Positions 22,934 through 33,422 are shown, numbered from the stretch's first letter. The stretch is DNA of 64,000 nt from Nostoc sp. (GCA_036918135.1 JBALDB010000018.1:64001-128000), one strand, 5' to 3'. Numbers and translations: made by a program. Notes: generated by a model not told the origin, from the sequence alone.

Positions 22934-23758
22934 TTACATTCGCCATTTATAATGCGGAACCCAATCAAGAATATCTTTCGCAAGTTGGTTGTTAATCAGA
23001 GCTTTATAAGGTTGATGTTCATATTCGGAACCACCACGCCAATCGACTTCAGGAAGTAGCGATTGAGCCATTTCTTGACTAGTTCGATGAGCTGAAGAAA
23101 TATCATCCGCACATAGCAACAAGGTTACATGACCAGGATTTGGGCAGTGTAAGGCGCACCGTGCAGCCTCAGCAGCATCTCTCACATCCAGAAAAGCGCC
23201 GTATTCCCAAAATGGATTCCATTCAAAATCGGGATTGGCTTGCCGATTAGAAATAATAAAATCATAAGTCTCTTTATTAAAGACACCAGGTGGTCGCAAA
23301 CAAATAGTTGAGATACCTGTGCTATCGGTAAAATATTGGCACATTTCTTCACCAAGCCGCTTGGAAATAGCGTAAGGAGTGGATGGATAACAAGGATGAT
23401 TCTCGTCTAAAGGAAGATAATCCGGTTTTCTTTCACCTTTGAAGATTCCCAATACATCAACGCTGCTGAAGAAAACGATACGTTTCACTTTTGCCTGTGC
23501 TGCCGCACTTAGAATATGCCAAGTGCCAAGAAGATTGACTGCGATTATTTCATCTGGTGAATCTTCAGAGCTTACAAGCAATGCCGCTAGATGAACGATC
23601 GCATCACAACCTTGAATAGCAGAACGGATTTCGTTTGGATTTAAAATATTATGACCACTTACAATATCAAAGCCAATCACTTCACATCCGTCGGCACGCA
23701 AAACTTTTTCAACAACCGAACCAATTGTTCCTTCGTTGCCAGTCACTAATATTTTCAT
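22934..23758 (-). CDS. NAD-dependent epimerase/dehydratase (extended SDR)
   Basis: ILVTGNEGTIG, IVHLAA, FSSV, YAISK. Confidence 0.9.
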   Translation of the reverse strand: MKILVTGNEGTIGSVVEKVLRADGCEVIGFDIVSGHNILNPNEIRSAIQGCDAIVHLAALLVSSEDSPDEIIAVNLLGTWHILSAAAQAKVKRIVFFSSVDVLGIFKGERKPDYLPLDENHPCYPSTPYAISKRLGEEMCQYFTDSTGISTICLRPPGVFNKETYDFIISNRQANPDFEWNPFWEYGAFLDVRDAAEAARCALHCPNPGHVTLLLCADDISSAHRTSQEMAQSLLPEVDWRGGSEYEHQPYKALINNQLAKDILDWVPHYKWRM

Positions 23759-24037
23759 AAATAATTTCAGTTTTATCAGTACTTAAAGTTTAGAACTGGG
23801 GCGCTCACACCTTAGTTAAGTTACTATTACCTCAAGTCAATCAGGGAAATTAGCCCATGAACCTAATTTTAGAGCGTGAAACATCTCCTCTTCGAGAAGA
23901 TGAAACAGAGGTTACTTCTTCTTCATTCCCCACCTCCACACCCTACACCCCACACCCTAAAACCAGTAATATCAATGATTTCCGCTTATCTTAGTGCCAT
24001 TCGTCTATAGGCTTTTCCGGAATTGGCTAACGTATTA

Positions 24038-26350
24038 TTACTTAGCAGTCTTTTTCAAACCTTGCCAGCTTTCTCGCAATCGTATCAAGTTAGGCGTATG
24101 ACCACCATAACGCCAGCTAACATAAGCTTGACAAATTTCATCTATTACTTGGGCAGTTGTTGGGGCATGATGTTGGTATGAAACTCTGGCATACTCTAAA
24201 GGTGTTTGTGCTGGATGTTTACCTAAACCTTTCTGGGCTGTCCATTGCAGCATTTGTTGATAAAGGCTTTCCATTGCTGGCAATTTCTTTAACCATCGAC
24301 GATTACGCCACTCTCGCCACTGTCCCCAACCTAGCCAAGCAAAGAAAGCTATGGTAGTACCCAAGATTAAGCCAGTCAAGACACCGAACCAACCTTGAGA
24401 GAATAAAGCTAAAAACCAAGCGATCGCTCTACTCACCCAGTTGAATATTGTCCCAAATACATTATTCAATAAACCTGTTACCGGAGAAGGTAACCATCCA
24501 GCAATCCACTGCCAAAATTGCCGCAACACGCTAAAAGTCTCAGTATCTTCTATTGAGGGGGGTATCAAGGGATGATTGGGAATTGGATCGAAGGCAAACC
24601 AACCATATTTAGGGAAATATACCTCCGTCATCACATAAGCGTCTGTATTACGGACAACATACATCCCAGTGAATGGATTAAACTCTCCCGAACTAAACCC
24701 CGCTACTAACCGTGCTGGGATACCAATGGAACGCAGCATCACCGTGAGAACTGTGGAAAAATGGTCTGGATAGCCTCCTTTGTACTTGAATAAAAAAGCT
24801 TCTACCAAGTCTTCTTTTTCATCTAAATAAGGTAGTTCTAAGGGATTTTGTGGAACAGAGTAGTATTGCTTTAGGTATTGAGCTAAGTAAAGAGCCTTTT
24901 CATATGCTGAATCCAGACTTTTAGACGACTTTCCTACCTGGTGTTGATTGTAGTTGGCGAGGATTTCTTCGGTGCGTTGCCGGACTTTTTGGGCAATTTC
25001 GGACGGTATTTGAAGATAATGGTTTTTAATATCTCGTGGATATTTAGTAGAAGTTTGACCTAACAAAGTCCGATCGCGGTATGGTACTTCGGAAACTACT
25101 GTATAAGTTACGCCTTCTGATAATTCCACAGGCGATCGCAAGCCGTTTTCTTTATCAACTGCAATCATTGGTGTGGGAAAATAAAGCTCTTTGGGATTAG
25201 CCATTGCTGGAATTAGATTCGGCAATTCCGACACCACTGTATAAGTTTGTACGACTTCTTGAGTTTTTCCAGTAATCAAAGGTGGAGGAATAAAAATTTG
25301 GTAAGACCAAGGCGATCGCCTGATGGTGGTAACATCTTCATTACGAGAAACTTCCCATCCTTTACCTGTATAACGGTCAAATGCCAACACTCGCCAAAAA
25401 CCCTCAGCTTGCGATCGGACTCGCATTACAACCTTGGGTTTCATCTCGCCCCGCAGGTTTTGGTTGATTTGGCTATTAAAACCGTAGTAAAAATTATTAT
25501 CTACTTTTCCTGGTTGACCAGTTTGGTTTTGTCCTGCACCATCTCCTTGATTATTACTATTACCTTGACGGACATAACCGGGATTAATAATAGTACGTCC
25601 TGTAAAACTGCCTTTAATCTCTATTAGAGAACTTACAGGAAAACTTCGTAATTGATAGCCAGGTAATCTTGGTAAAACAGCAAAAATTGCCAGTCCCAGA
25701 CCGACAATTATAAAAAAATTAATAATTAAAAATTTAAAATTTAAACTTGAGAATTTCCCTTTAGGTATTTTTTGTGTTTGCGTTTTTAATGACTGCAAAC
25801 CCAAACGCGAACGGTAATCTAATACTAAAGTTGGCAGAGCGATCGCTAAAAATAACAGTAATACAGGAGCAAATGCTAAAGTTTGACTTAGTGTTGCAGC
25901 TACACCTAATAAAATCAATCCGATGACAATCGAATAACCCAAATTTTTGCGGCGGGGTGTATCAAAGCTGTGCAATACCTGTAGTTGAATCAATAACTCT
26001 GCTAAACCTAAGCGCGTATCATTCAACTCTGTCACTAACCGCCCAAAGAAAGCACCCAGTGCTATTAACATGCCGATGGCGATACAGAATTTTATTGCAA
26101 CATTGCGATCGCGGCGACGATAGTAACTCCAAATCGCACCTACTACACTCAAGGGTAACGCCCAAAGACTGAATGAAGTCTCAGCAGCGATATCTGTCGC
26201 CACAATTCCCAAAATAACCAACGCTAGCACCAGCACCCGTAAGGGAATTGAATCTTCCACTTCTGTCAAATGCGAACCCTGTGTATTTTGCTGCCCGAAA
26301 TTATCTGTAGGCAGACGCCAAAACCGATTCATCCTGGATAAGTTAAACAT
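24038..26350 (-). CDS. TgpA-like membrane protein (DUF3488 + transglutaminase-like + DUF4129); catalytic Cys/His appear absent
   Basis: Multi-TM N-terminus, LRSIGIPARLVAGF, EVYFPKYGWFAFDP, QTPLEY C-terminal region. Confidence 0.85.
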   Translation of the reverse strand: MFNLSRMNRFWRLPTDNFGQQNTQGSHLTEVEDSIPLRVLVLALVILGIVATDIAAETSFSLWALPLSVVGAIWSYYRRRDRNVAIKFCIAIGMLIALGAFFGRLVTELNDTRLGLAELLIQLQVLHSFDTPRRKNLGYSIVIGLILLGVAATLSQTLAFAPVLLLFLAIALPTLVLDYRSRLGLQSLKTQTQKIPKGKFSSLNFKFLIINFFIIVGLGLAIFAVLPRLPGYQLRSFPVSSLIEIKGSFTGRTIINPGYVRQGNSNNQGDGAGQNQTGQPGKVDNNFYYGFNSQINQNLRGEMKPKVVMRVRSQAEGFWRVLAFDRYTGKGWEVSRNEDVTTIRRSPWSYQIFIPPPLITGKTQEVVQTYTVVSELPNLIPAMANPKELYFPTPMIAVDKENGLRSPVELSEGVTYTVVSEVPYRDRTLLGQTSTKYPRDIKNHYLQIPSEIAQKVRQRTEEILANYNQHQVGKSSKSLDSAYEKALYLAQYLKQYYSVPQNPLELPYLDEKEDLVEAFLFKYKGGYPDHFSTVLTVMLRSIGIPARLVAGFSSGEFNPFTGMYVVRNTDAYVMTEVYFPKYGWFAFDPIPNHPLIPPSIEDTETFSVLRQFWQWIAGWLPSPVTGLLNNVFGTIFNWVSRAIAWFLALFSQGWFGVLTGLILGTTIAFFAWLGWGQWREWRNRRWLKKLPAMESLYQQMLQWTAQKGLGKHPAQTPLEYARVSYQHHAPTTAQVIDEICQAYVSWRYGGHTPNLIRLRESWQGLKKTAK

Positions 26351-26810
26351 TTCGAGTCTAAGGTGTAGATCCCACGGAAACAATGCTAAAGACGGAACTG
26401 ACCGCCTAATTTTAAGTATTCCCGTTGGGCGAAGTTTTCTTATCCTGTTTGTTAAGCGTCTATAAGTGTAAAATTGATGGCTTGGTAAAATAGAGGCGTG
26501 GCGAAATCAGCACAACACATCCAATTAACTCGTTCCCCAGGCTTTGCGACTACTTAAATTTCCGTAGTCCCTGCAGGCGGACAAGAATTTGTATAGCCAC
26601 GAATTGTATTTGCCAGGGTTTTTAATCCAAAATTGGTGTTATGGGGTGAGTCTACACATGCCTAAGAGATGGCAACCTACATTAAGTAAGCACCCTGTTG
26701 CTAGCAGTCTCGCAAGAGAAACTAAAGCCCCAAAGCAACAGCTAGGGGAAAAGTTATCTTAATATATATCGGCGTTGAGTAATGTAGTGTGCTAGCGGTA
26801 GCAATTTAGA

Positions 26811-27791
26811 CTAGATAGTGGGACTAATTACAAACAACAAAGGTTGTTCGTCTATTTCTGGAAACTCAACTTCTAGGGTATAAATTGAGTTAAGTTGCTC
26901 GCAGCCTAACTCTACACTTAGGTATCCAGAACTCGAAGATGTTGTCATTGCTAAGGTGCCACTTCCCTGCAATGTCAAAGTTCCTTTAACAGGTAAATCA
27001 GCTTGAACAAGTAACCTCGTAAGTTTACCTAGAAATTGGTACTCTACTTTAATGTTTAAAGTACCGACACTGGTCAGCCATTGTCTTTCCACCACTGGAC
27101 TAGTTGCTGAAAGTGGTAGAGTCAGATTTTCCAGCAATTGTTTCGCCGCCAGCAATGACAAAGCCATCTGTTGACGGGGTTGTAAATCTGAGTAATCACT
27201 CTGAATTTCAGGCATCTTATCCAGAGTATTCACTGAACGATAGGTACTTCTTAGCACTAAACCAGCTATGTCATTTAATGCCTGAGACTCATTTGGGAAA
27301 AAGTTCTCCACCACTTGAACTAATTTTGCTCCCAGCGGCACTGAAGATGTAACCAACGCCTGACACTGTTCTAGCAGTTGCCGGAAAACTCTTTCTGGCA
27401 GGGGAATCGGCAGATTCAGTTTCGACTGTTGTGCCATCCATCCCCAGGTAGGAACGAGCGTCATTGACGGCTCATCAATAAAATCGGGATAGTCAGTTAA
27501 TTGTGTTTCCCAAGGAAACAACGGTGGGTGGTCTTGGATTTGGATTTGTAACCGACGCTTAAGGACGGCTTGGAAACGATCTTGCACAGTAGGAATTTCT
27601 CCCAGTTGAAAGGCCTGGGGCTTTCCTCTCAATTTTGGCTCACTGTTTTTTGAAGCAGTGGCTTGATTGTAGAGGTTTTTTACCCCGTCATTTTCCTTAC
27701 ATTCTACCGAGGGATACTCACCGTTTTTGACATTATCTGTCAATAACCAATAGAGACACTCTTGTTGTAAGGATTCTGAGTCACTATTCAT
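26811..27791 (-). CDS. patU: Heterocyst patterning protein PatU (unsplit; PatU5+PatU3 equivalent)
   Basis: Overlaps the hetZ stop; contains GEIPTVQDRFQAVLKRRL and PPLFPWE. Synteny hetZ-patU. Confidence 0.82.
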   Translation of the reverse strand: MNSDSESLQQECLYWLLTDNVKNGEYPSVECKENDGVKNLYNQATASKNSEPKLRGKPQAFQLGEIPTVQDRFQAVLKRRLQIQIQDHPPLFPWETQLTDYPDFIDEPSMTLVPTWGWMAQQSKLNLPIPLPERVFRQLLEQCQALVTSSVPLGAKLVQVVENFFPNESQALNDIAGLVLRSTYRSVNTLDKMPEIQSDYSDLQPRQQMALSLLAAKQLLENLTLPLSATSPVVERQWLTSVGTLNIKVEYQFLGKLTRLLVQADLPVKGTLTLQGSGTLAMTTSSSSGYLSVELGCEQLNSIYTLEVEFPEIDEQPLLFVISPTI

Positions 27792-28986
27792 GAGTAGATG
27801 CACTCGATCCGGACACTAATGAGTTACGAATTTCCCAAGCTTGTTCAAGAATTTTAAACCATCGTTTTTGCAGTTGTGCCATTGACAGCCCTAAAGTTTT
27901 AGCTATTTTTTCATCGCTTTGTCCTTGTTGCTTCAACTCTAGTAAAGACCGCTGTTTATTATCCAACTGTGCTGTGTATACTTGCCATTGCTGCGGAGTT
28001 AAGCCCAAGTTGGTATGCAATGAAGCTTCTAGCCACTCATGAACTAATTCCCAACGGTGCAACAAGGCAAATCGAATTAAATGATACTTGAAGCGCTGCT
28101 GTAAGTAATCTCTCTGACGAGGGGTTAAACCTAAAACCGACTCAATTTCCTGTGCTGATAGATCTTGGAGACGAAGCGAAAAGTAATCAGCACAGTCAGA
28201 TTGTTGCCGTTGTTCGAGATAATTCATTAATTCCGTAATCACAACGGAGCGCAATGTGTCTTCTTCCGGTTCGGATTCTGTTTGGGTTGCCATTGTGGAG
28301 CGCAATTGCTGGATGGCTGGTTCTTCCCAACCGTCAGCTTCACTGTTGCTACCTTCTGCGGCTTGTTCTATATCTACGCTGGTTTCGGGGGGTTGCTGTT
28401 GAGAGAAAGTTTGCGCTCGCAGGATAATTAGCTGCTGCTGACGGCCTGGTAAGGGAATTCGTCGTTTACCATAGCGTTCGGTAAATGCCATGTACTCAGC
28501 CAATTCCAGAAGCGTTTGCGGACGATAAGTGGCACCAAGTTGATTTTCTCGCCGAAAAGCGTTCAATGCTTCTAGATAAAAACTTTGTAGGAAATCTTCA
28601 ATTATAGTCAGCCGTCCTTGATAGCTTAATTGCTTCTGAGGAGGATTAATGTAACGATAAATAATAGCGCTCAAAGTACTGTGTAATTCTACCCTGCCCC
28701 GATTTGAACCCAACTGATAGTACCTAAGACACTGTTGCAGCCGATGTCGGGCGAGGGTAAGTGCCGAGCTTTCTACAGTTCCAGAAGCTTGGATACGTTT
28801 GCTTTCACTGCAAATCCGGTAGACTTCGGTGGTAATTCGTCTTGCTACATCGTGGCAATTCTGCTCCGAGGCTTTAGTTGACTGCTGAAACTCCCTGGAC
28901 AGGAGTTGAAAGATCGCCTCCACACCAATAGAATTTTCTCCCAGAATAGTTGCAGATGGAATAGTTGCGGTTGCGGCTGAATTCAT
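27784..28986 (-). CDS. hetZ: Heterocyst differentiation regulator HetZ
   Basis: 400 aa starting MNSAATAT, with YYQLGSNRGRVELHSTL and LGLTPRQRDYLQQRFKYH HTH-like regions. Lies next to the amiC-murI-sds block and has a HetR site upstream. Confidence 0.9.
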   Translation of the reverse strand: MNSAATATIPSATILGENSIGVEAIFQLLSREFQQSTKASEQNCHDVARRITTEVYRICSESKRIQASGTVESSALTLARHRLQQCLRYYQLGSNRGRVELHSTLSAIIYRYINPPQKQLSYQGRLTIIEDFLQSFYLEALNAFRRENQLGATYRPQTLLELAEYMAFTERYGKRRIPLPGRQQQLIILRAQTFSQQQPPETSVDIEQAAEGSNSEADGWEEPAIQQLRSTMATQTESEPEEDTLRSVVITELMNYLEQRQQSDCADYFSLRLQDLSAQEIESVLGLTPRQRDYLQQRFKYHLIRFALLHRWELVHEWLEASLHTNLGLTPQQWQVYTAQLDNKQRSLLELKQQGQSDEKIAKTLGLSMAQLQKRWFKILEQAWEIRNSLVSGSSASTHE

Positions 28987-29191
28987 AGTCTCGGTTTTCA
29001 AAAGACCCTAACGTATTTAAATACAACCTGTACGACCGTGGGTGTTGGCTTTTTGGGTTTTGCGTATAAGCTAAACGCAGAGCAATCCTACGTTGAAGAT
29101 GTGCCTGATTTTATTATTCCCAAGTTTTATGGGATTGTTCACATTTTGATAGATGTTATTGCCATTACCCAGGAGCCGTATACAAGTCATT

Positions 29192-29665
29192 ATGGATTTA
29201 CAAACACAAATTCAATTGCTGATTGACAATGCACCCCGCGATGGTATAACACCAAATCTGATTACAGCAATTGCTCCTGCCCTAAGAGCGATCGCTCAAA
29301 AATTACGTTACTCCCAGTACTATATTCTCCAAAGTTCGGAGGGCAACTGGGTTTTAACTACGTTGAGCAATCGTACTAATCCAGGATTGGAAAAGCAGGT
29401 GATTTACGCTTTTCCTACCATACAGGATGTCTCCCTAATTTCCACTGCTGGGCTTGACCCTCAAATGCTAACTAAAATTGTTCCGGTTACCCATATTTTG
29501 TTTCAATTGCTGGCATTAGAACCCGTAGATAGTATCGTTTTTTTGGAAACGCCGGGTCAGACCACTCATACCTTTGAAGTCCGGCGAACTGACCTAGAAA
29601 AACTCATGCAACAACAGCTACGACAGATCCGATCGCCTAAAAACATACCCCCTGATATTGCATAG
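29192..29665 (+). CDS. Conserved hypothetical protein divergent from hetZ
   Basis: 157-aa ORF MDLQTQIQLLIDNAP...PPDIA. Confidence 0.75.
   Translation: MDLQTQIQLLIDNAPRDGITPNLITAIAPALRAIAQKLRYSQYYILQSSEGNWVLTTLSNRTNPGLEKQVIYAFPTIQDVSLISTAGLDPQMLTKIVPVTHILFQLLALEPVDSIVFLETPGQTTHTFEVRRTDLEKLMQQQLRQIRSPKNIPPDIA
29427..29466 (-). promoter_or_regulatory. HetR-binding site of the hetZ promoter
   Basis: Minus strand reads ATTTGAGGGTCAAGCCCAGCAGTGGAAATTAGGGAGACAT, with the GGG-N5-CCC core at 29450-29460. A TATGGT -10-like hexamer follows at 29422-29417. Confidence 0.8.
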
Positions 29666-29718
29666 AATAGTTTTGATTGTGAGATTTTTTCGATACAACT
29701 CAATCTCTCTCTTGAAAG

Positions 29719-29749
29719 TTTATGAGCACCAGAAATCGGCGCTCATAAA
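29719..29749. terminator. Stem-loop between convergent genes
   Basis: TTTATGAGC ... GCTCATAAA inverted repeat. Confidence 0.5.
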
Positions 29750-29822
29750 TTTTTGAAAAATTTTCAATTTTCAATCTGTCTGAAAAAATTTGCTGAATTA
29801 GGAAACCATTTTTTCCCTATCG

Positions 29823-30046
29823 CTTTGTAATATCTAAAATTAATTAAAAAATAGTTAGCAGTGAACAATTCTCAATTTTTTTATTTACTATTCGTAGATT
29901 AGATTAAGCAACGAAACTCAACATTTGTGGATTTGTTGGCTTCTCTTACAGGAAACCCAACCTACAGTTAGTATTTTCAAGTCTTTGTTATATCTAAAAT
30001 TGATTAAAAAATAGTTAGCAGCGAACAATTCTCTATTTTTTATTTA
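29823..30046. repeat. ~65-bp direct repeat pair flanking a REP-like palindrome
   Basis: 29823-29887 and 29983-30046 are near-identical. A GTAG...AACCCAACCTAC element lies between them at 29894-29965. Confidence 0.8.
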
Positions 30047-30188
30047 GTTCTGCTAAGCCAAAAATACCCCCCTAAGAATAGGTGGCAGGTTTCACTTAGG
30101 TAGAACTTACGCAACTGACACATCTATTTTTCGTAATCCGGGTCAAGACCTAAGTCAAAGACCCTGCGCTCTGTGAGTGACAACTAAT

Positions 30189-31160
30189 TTAATAGAGCCG
30201 ACTCAGTGCATAGTCAGCGATGTTAATCAATGCCTGTTTAGACTCTGACAGTGGCAAAACTGCAAGATGTTCAATTGCCAATTTAGTATGATGAGCAGCT
30301 AATTCTCGCGCTTGCTGTATACCTTGACTATCTTGAATTAATGTTAACGCTTGCTCTAAGTCCCCTTCTTGAGCAAATTCTCTTTCAATCAGCACTTCCA
30401 AATATGGTTTTTCAGCTAAAGCAAATAAAACAGGTGCAGTCAAATTGCCACTTTTGAGATCCGATGCTACAGGTTTACCTAAGGTATCTGTTGTGCTGGT
30501 GAAATCTAGAATGTCATCGACAATTTGAAATGCTATGCCCAGATGACGACCATAGTTGTACATATGCTCAACAGTTTCTCTGGACACTTCACTAAGTAAT
30601 CCAGCAGCTTTGGAACTATTAGCAATTAACGAAGCTGTTTTGTAATAACTCTTTTGGAGGTAAGTTTCAATAGAGATGTTAGCATCAAAACGATTCAATC
30701 CCTGCTGAATTTCTCCAGTCGCTAGATCCATAATCACTTCTGAGAGTAGTTTCACCACCTCCAAATTGTCCAAGTTTGCTAAATACCACGAAGATTGGGC
30801 AAAGAGAAAATCTCCTGCTAATATGGCAATGCGGTTACCAAACAAACTATGAACGGTGGGAACGCCTCGTCGCATATCTGATTCATCTACCACATCGTCA
30901 TGTACTAAGCTTGCTGTGTGAATCATTTCAGTAATTTCAGCTAAGCGGCGATGACGCGGTGTAATTTCTTGGTCTAACATTGTTGCCCGCGATATTAACA
31001 GGACAATTGCTGGCCTGATACGCTTTCCCCCAGCTCCGAATAAATGTTCGGCTGCTGCAAACAAAATGGGGTGGCGATTTCCAACTAGCTGTTTAAGGTT
31101 ATCTGCTAGTTGTCGCAGGTCTGCTTCCACAGGGGTAAACAGGGAGGTGGCTGGGGTCAT
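30189..31160 (-). CDS. sds: Solanesyl diphosphate synthase
   Basis: GGKRIRP, LVHDDVVD (FARM), FQIVDDILD (SARM). Confidence 0.93.
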   Translation of the reverse strand: MTPATSLFTPVEADLRQLADNLKQLVGNRHPILFAAAEHLFGAGGKRIRPAIVLLISRATMLDQEITPRHRRLAEITEMIHTASLVHDDVVDESDMRRGVPTVHSLFGNRIAILAGDFLFAQSSWYLANLDNLEVVKLLSEVIMDLATGEIQQGLNRFDANISIETYLQKSYYKTASLIANSSKAAGLLSEVSRETVEHMYNYGRHLGIAFQIVDDILDFTSTTDTLGKPVASDLKSGNLTAPVLFALAEKPYLEVLIEREFAQEGDLEQALTLIQDSQGIQQARELAAHHTKLAIEHLAVLPLSESKQALINIADYALSRLY

Positions 31161-32284
31161 GGATGGGCGGACTCTGACTTAGGTTACGAAAGTTTACATA
31201 TCCTTTACTCATTTTAAGATAACCCAGTGCCAGCGCAAAGTTTTCATCAGCTAATCCCATACTCATAAGTCTATTGGTGAAAATATAGCTAATACTGGCT
31301 TTGTAAATAAGCAATTATGCTTAAAAGGAATATGACTTCTGAAAATATCAGAAGACTGTTAGCCGAAGATCGCGTGACTAAGCTATTGTAATATTTTGTA
31401 GCAATTTGTATACAAAAAAATTAGGGTTTAGCAGTGCCCATTCTACAAAAATTGGAATCAAATGACTGGTACAAGATGTCAGGGTATTTACCTGTCGTAT
31501 TTTTACATTGTCATCTACAGATACAACAAAACCAAATTAAGTAATATTAATTATTGACAAAATTGACAAAATGTGGATTTGATTTCATAGCTGAGACTAA
31601 TTTTTTTCGATTGAGTGTAGCTATAGAAAAAATTTGAAATTTAGCAGATGAGTGGGCTTAAAATTCACGGCTGTTGTGTTACGCTAAAATATAGGAATTT
31701 TAAATTTTTAAAATACTCACACACCAAAAGTAAAGTTACTTAATAAGTAATTTTACTTAATTAGAAGTTGTGTGTACAAAATAACTATTGTTGGTAAGAT
31801 TCAGGGGATAGCTCCTTTAATTTTTCTAACGATATGCAAAACTCCTAGTTGGGAGCTATGTAATATCCCTATGGGAAGCCTTTCGGGTGACGCTCCTTCT
31901 CTGCGAGACGCTAAATAAACGTCGCTAACGGTAGGCTAACGTCAAGTAGGTATTAAAGGTCTCCTTTATGCCCCTGTTGGCTCAAAGCTACACGCCTTTA
32001 GCGCGCTTTGGGCGCAAGGGTTATTCCTTTGGCAGTAGTGTGAGCAAAAATAAGGCAGATCGAGTAGACCCCTGAGAATTGCAGTATTAGGTTGTCTTTT
32101 GACAACTTAACTGCTGTGGAATGTACGGTCTGCAAAAGTTGTATTAATAAATTATTTGTCCTTAGAGAATCCAATCTCTCTAAGTAGATTTACCATAGCC
32201 AACTACAGATACCAAGAATGTACTTAGTTGGCTGAAGTTCTACTAATTTGATGAAATTTTGTTGTTAAGGGTGCTGGTAGAACA

Positions 32285-32482
32285 ATGATTTACGGAAGTA
32301 TGCCTATGATGATTTTTATTTTAGCGTCTGGATATTTGTTCACAGTCTACCTGTTATTAGCATTAGCAAAGCGGACGGGTACAAAGACTGTTCCGAAAAA
32401 TTTTGCTTCATCTGTTGAAGTAAAACACGAGCAGGAGATATCAGTAAGGACAAAAGTGACTCAAGCAGTCAATAGTCAATAG
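32285..32482 (+). CDS. Small single-TM hypothetical protein
   Basis: 65 aa with a hydrophobic N-terminal helix (MIFILASGYLFTVYLLLALAKR); convergent with murI. Confidence 0.6.
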   Translation: MIYGSMPMMIFILASGYLFTVYLLLALAKRTGTKTVPKNFASSVEVKHEQEISVRTKVTQAVNSQ

Positions 32483-32558
32483 TCCATAGTTATTTGTCCT
32501 TTGTTGTTTGTTGTTTACAAATGACTTATGACCAATGACTATGGACAAATAAATTTTA

Positions 32559-33422
32559 TTAAAGTTGAGAAATAGCGATATCAGTAAAGCAAACCTCTTC
32601 AACCAGAGGAGTATAGCCTAGCCACTGGACTCCGGACTGGGAAAACTGCTGCGGACAACCACTAACGGCAAAGCGAGTTGGTAGCGGTAGGTAGGTATTT
32701 CTTAAGCTAAGTAAGTCTAGTTCTTGGGCACAAGCAGCAACAACATGGACAGCCGGGTCTACTAACTGGACTTGGGAGGGGAGGAGCGATCGCAGCACTG
32801 GTGTCAGGTGAGGATAATGGGTACAGCCGTGGACTAAGGTGTCAATTTCCTGTTCTAATAAAGGCTCCAAGTAACCTCTTGCTACTTGGGCAGTGTAAGG
32901 GTCGTGAATGCGGTTTTGCTCAATCAGTGGCACAAATTCCGGACATCCAACTTGCCAAACTTGGACATTAGGATTAATTTCGAGTATAGCGTGCTTATAA
33001 GCATTACTCTTAGCCGTTGCGGGAGTGGCAATTACACCGATGCGCTTTCCTTGCTGTACTGCTGCTCTTGCTCCTGGTAGGATCACTCCTAGTATAGGTA
33101 TGCTAAATTCTTGACGTACAATCTCTAATGCTAGCGCAGAACTGGTGTTACAAGCCATAATCACCATTTTTACCCGCTGCTGTTGCAACCAGGTAAGGAT
33201 TTCACGCGTAAATTGTAAAATTTCTGCTTGTGAGCGAATTCCGTAAGGAAGCCGAGCTGTGTCCCCAAAGTAGACAACTGATTCATTAGGAAGTTGACGA
33301 TATAGTTCTCGTAGTACCGTCAGTCCTCCCACACCACTATCAAAGATACCAATTGGGGCACGTTGGGGTTCTCGGTTAGAAAAATCGTCAAGATTTTCTT
33401 CAAATATGGAAGATGAATACAC
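32559..33422 (-). CDS. murI: Glutamate racemase
   Basis: IGIFDSGVGGLTV, ACNTSS, GCTHYP. Confidence 0.97.
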   Translation of the reverse strand: MYSSSIFEENLDDFSNREPQRAPIGIFDSGVGGLTVLRELYRQLPNESVVYFGDTARLPYGIRSQAEILQFTREILTWLQQQRVKMVIMACNTSSALALEIVRQEFSIPILGVILPGARAAVQQGKRIGVIATPATAKSNAYKHAILEINPNVQVWQVGCPEFVPLIEQNRIHDPYTAQVARGYLEPLLEQEIDTLVHGCTHYPHLTPVLRSLLPSQVQLVDPAVHVVAACAQELDLLSLRNTYLPLPTRFAVSGCPQQFSQSGVQWLGYTPLVEEVCFTDIAISQL

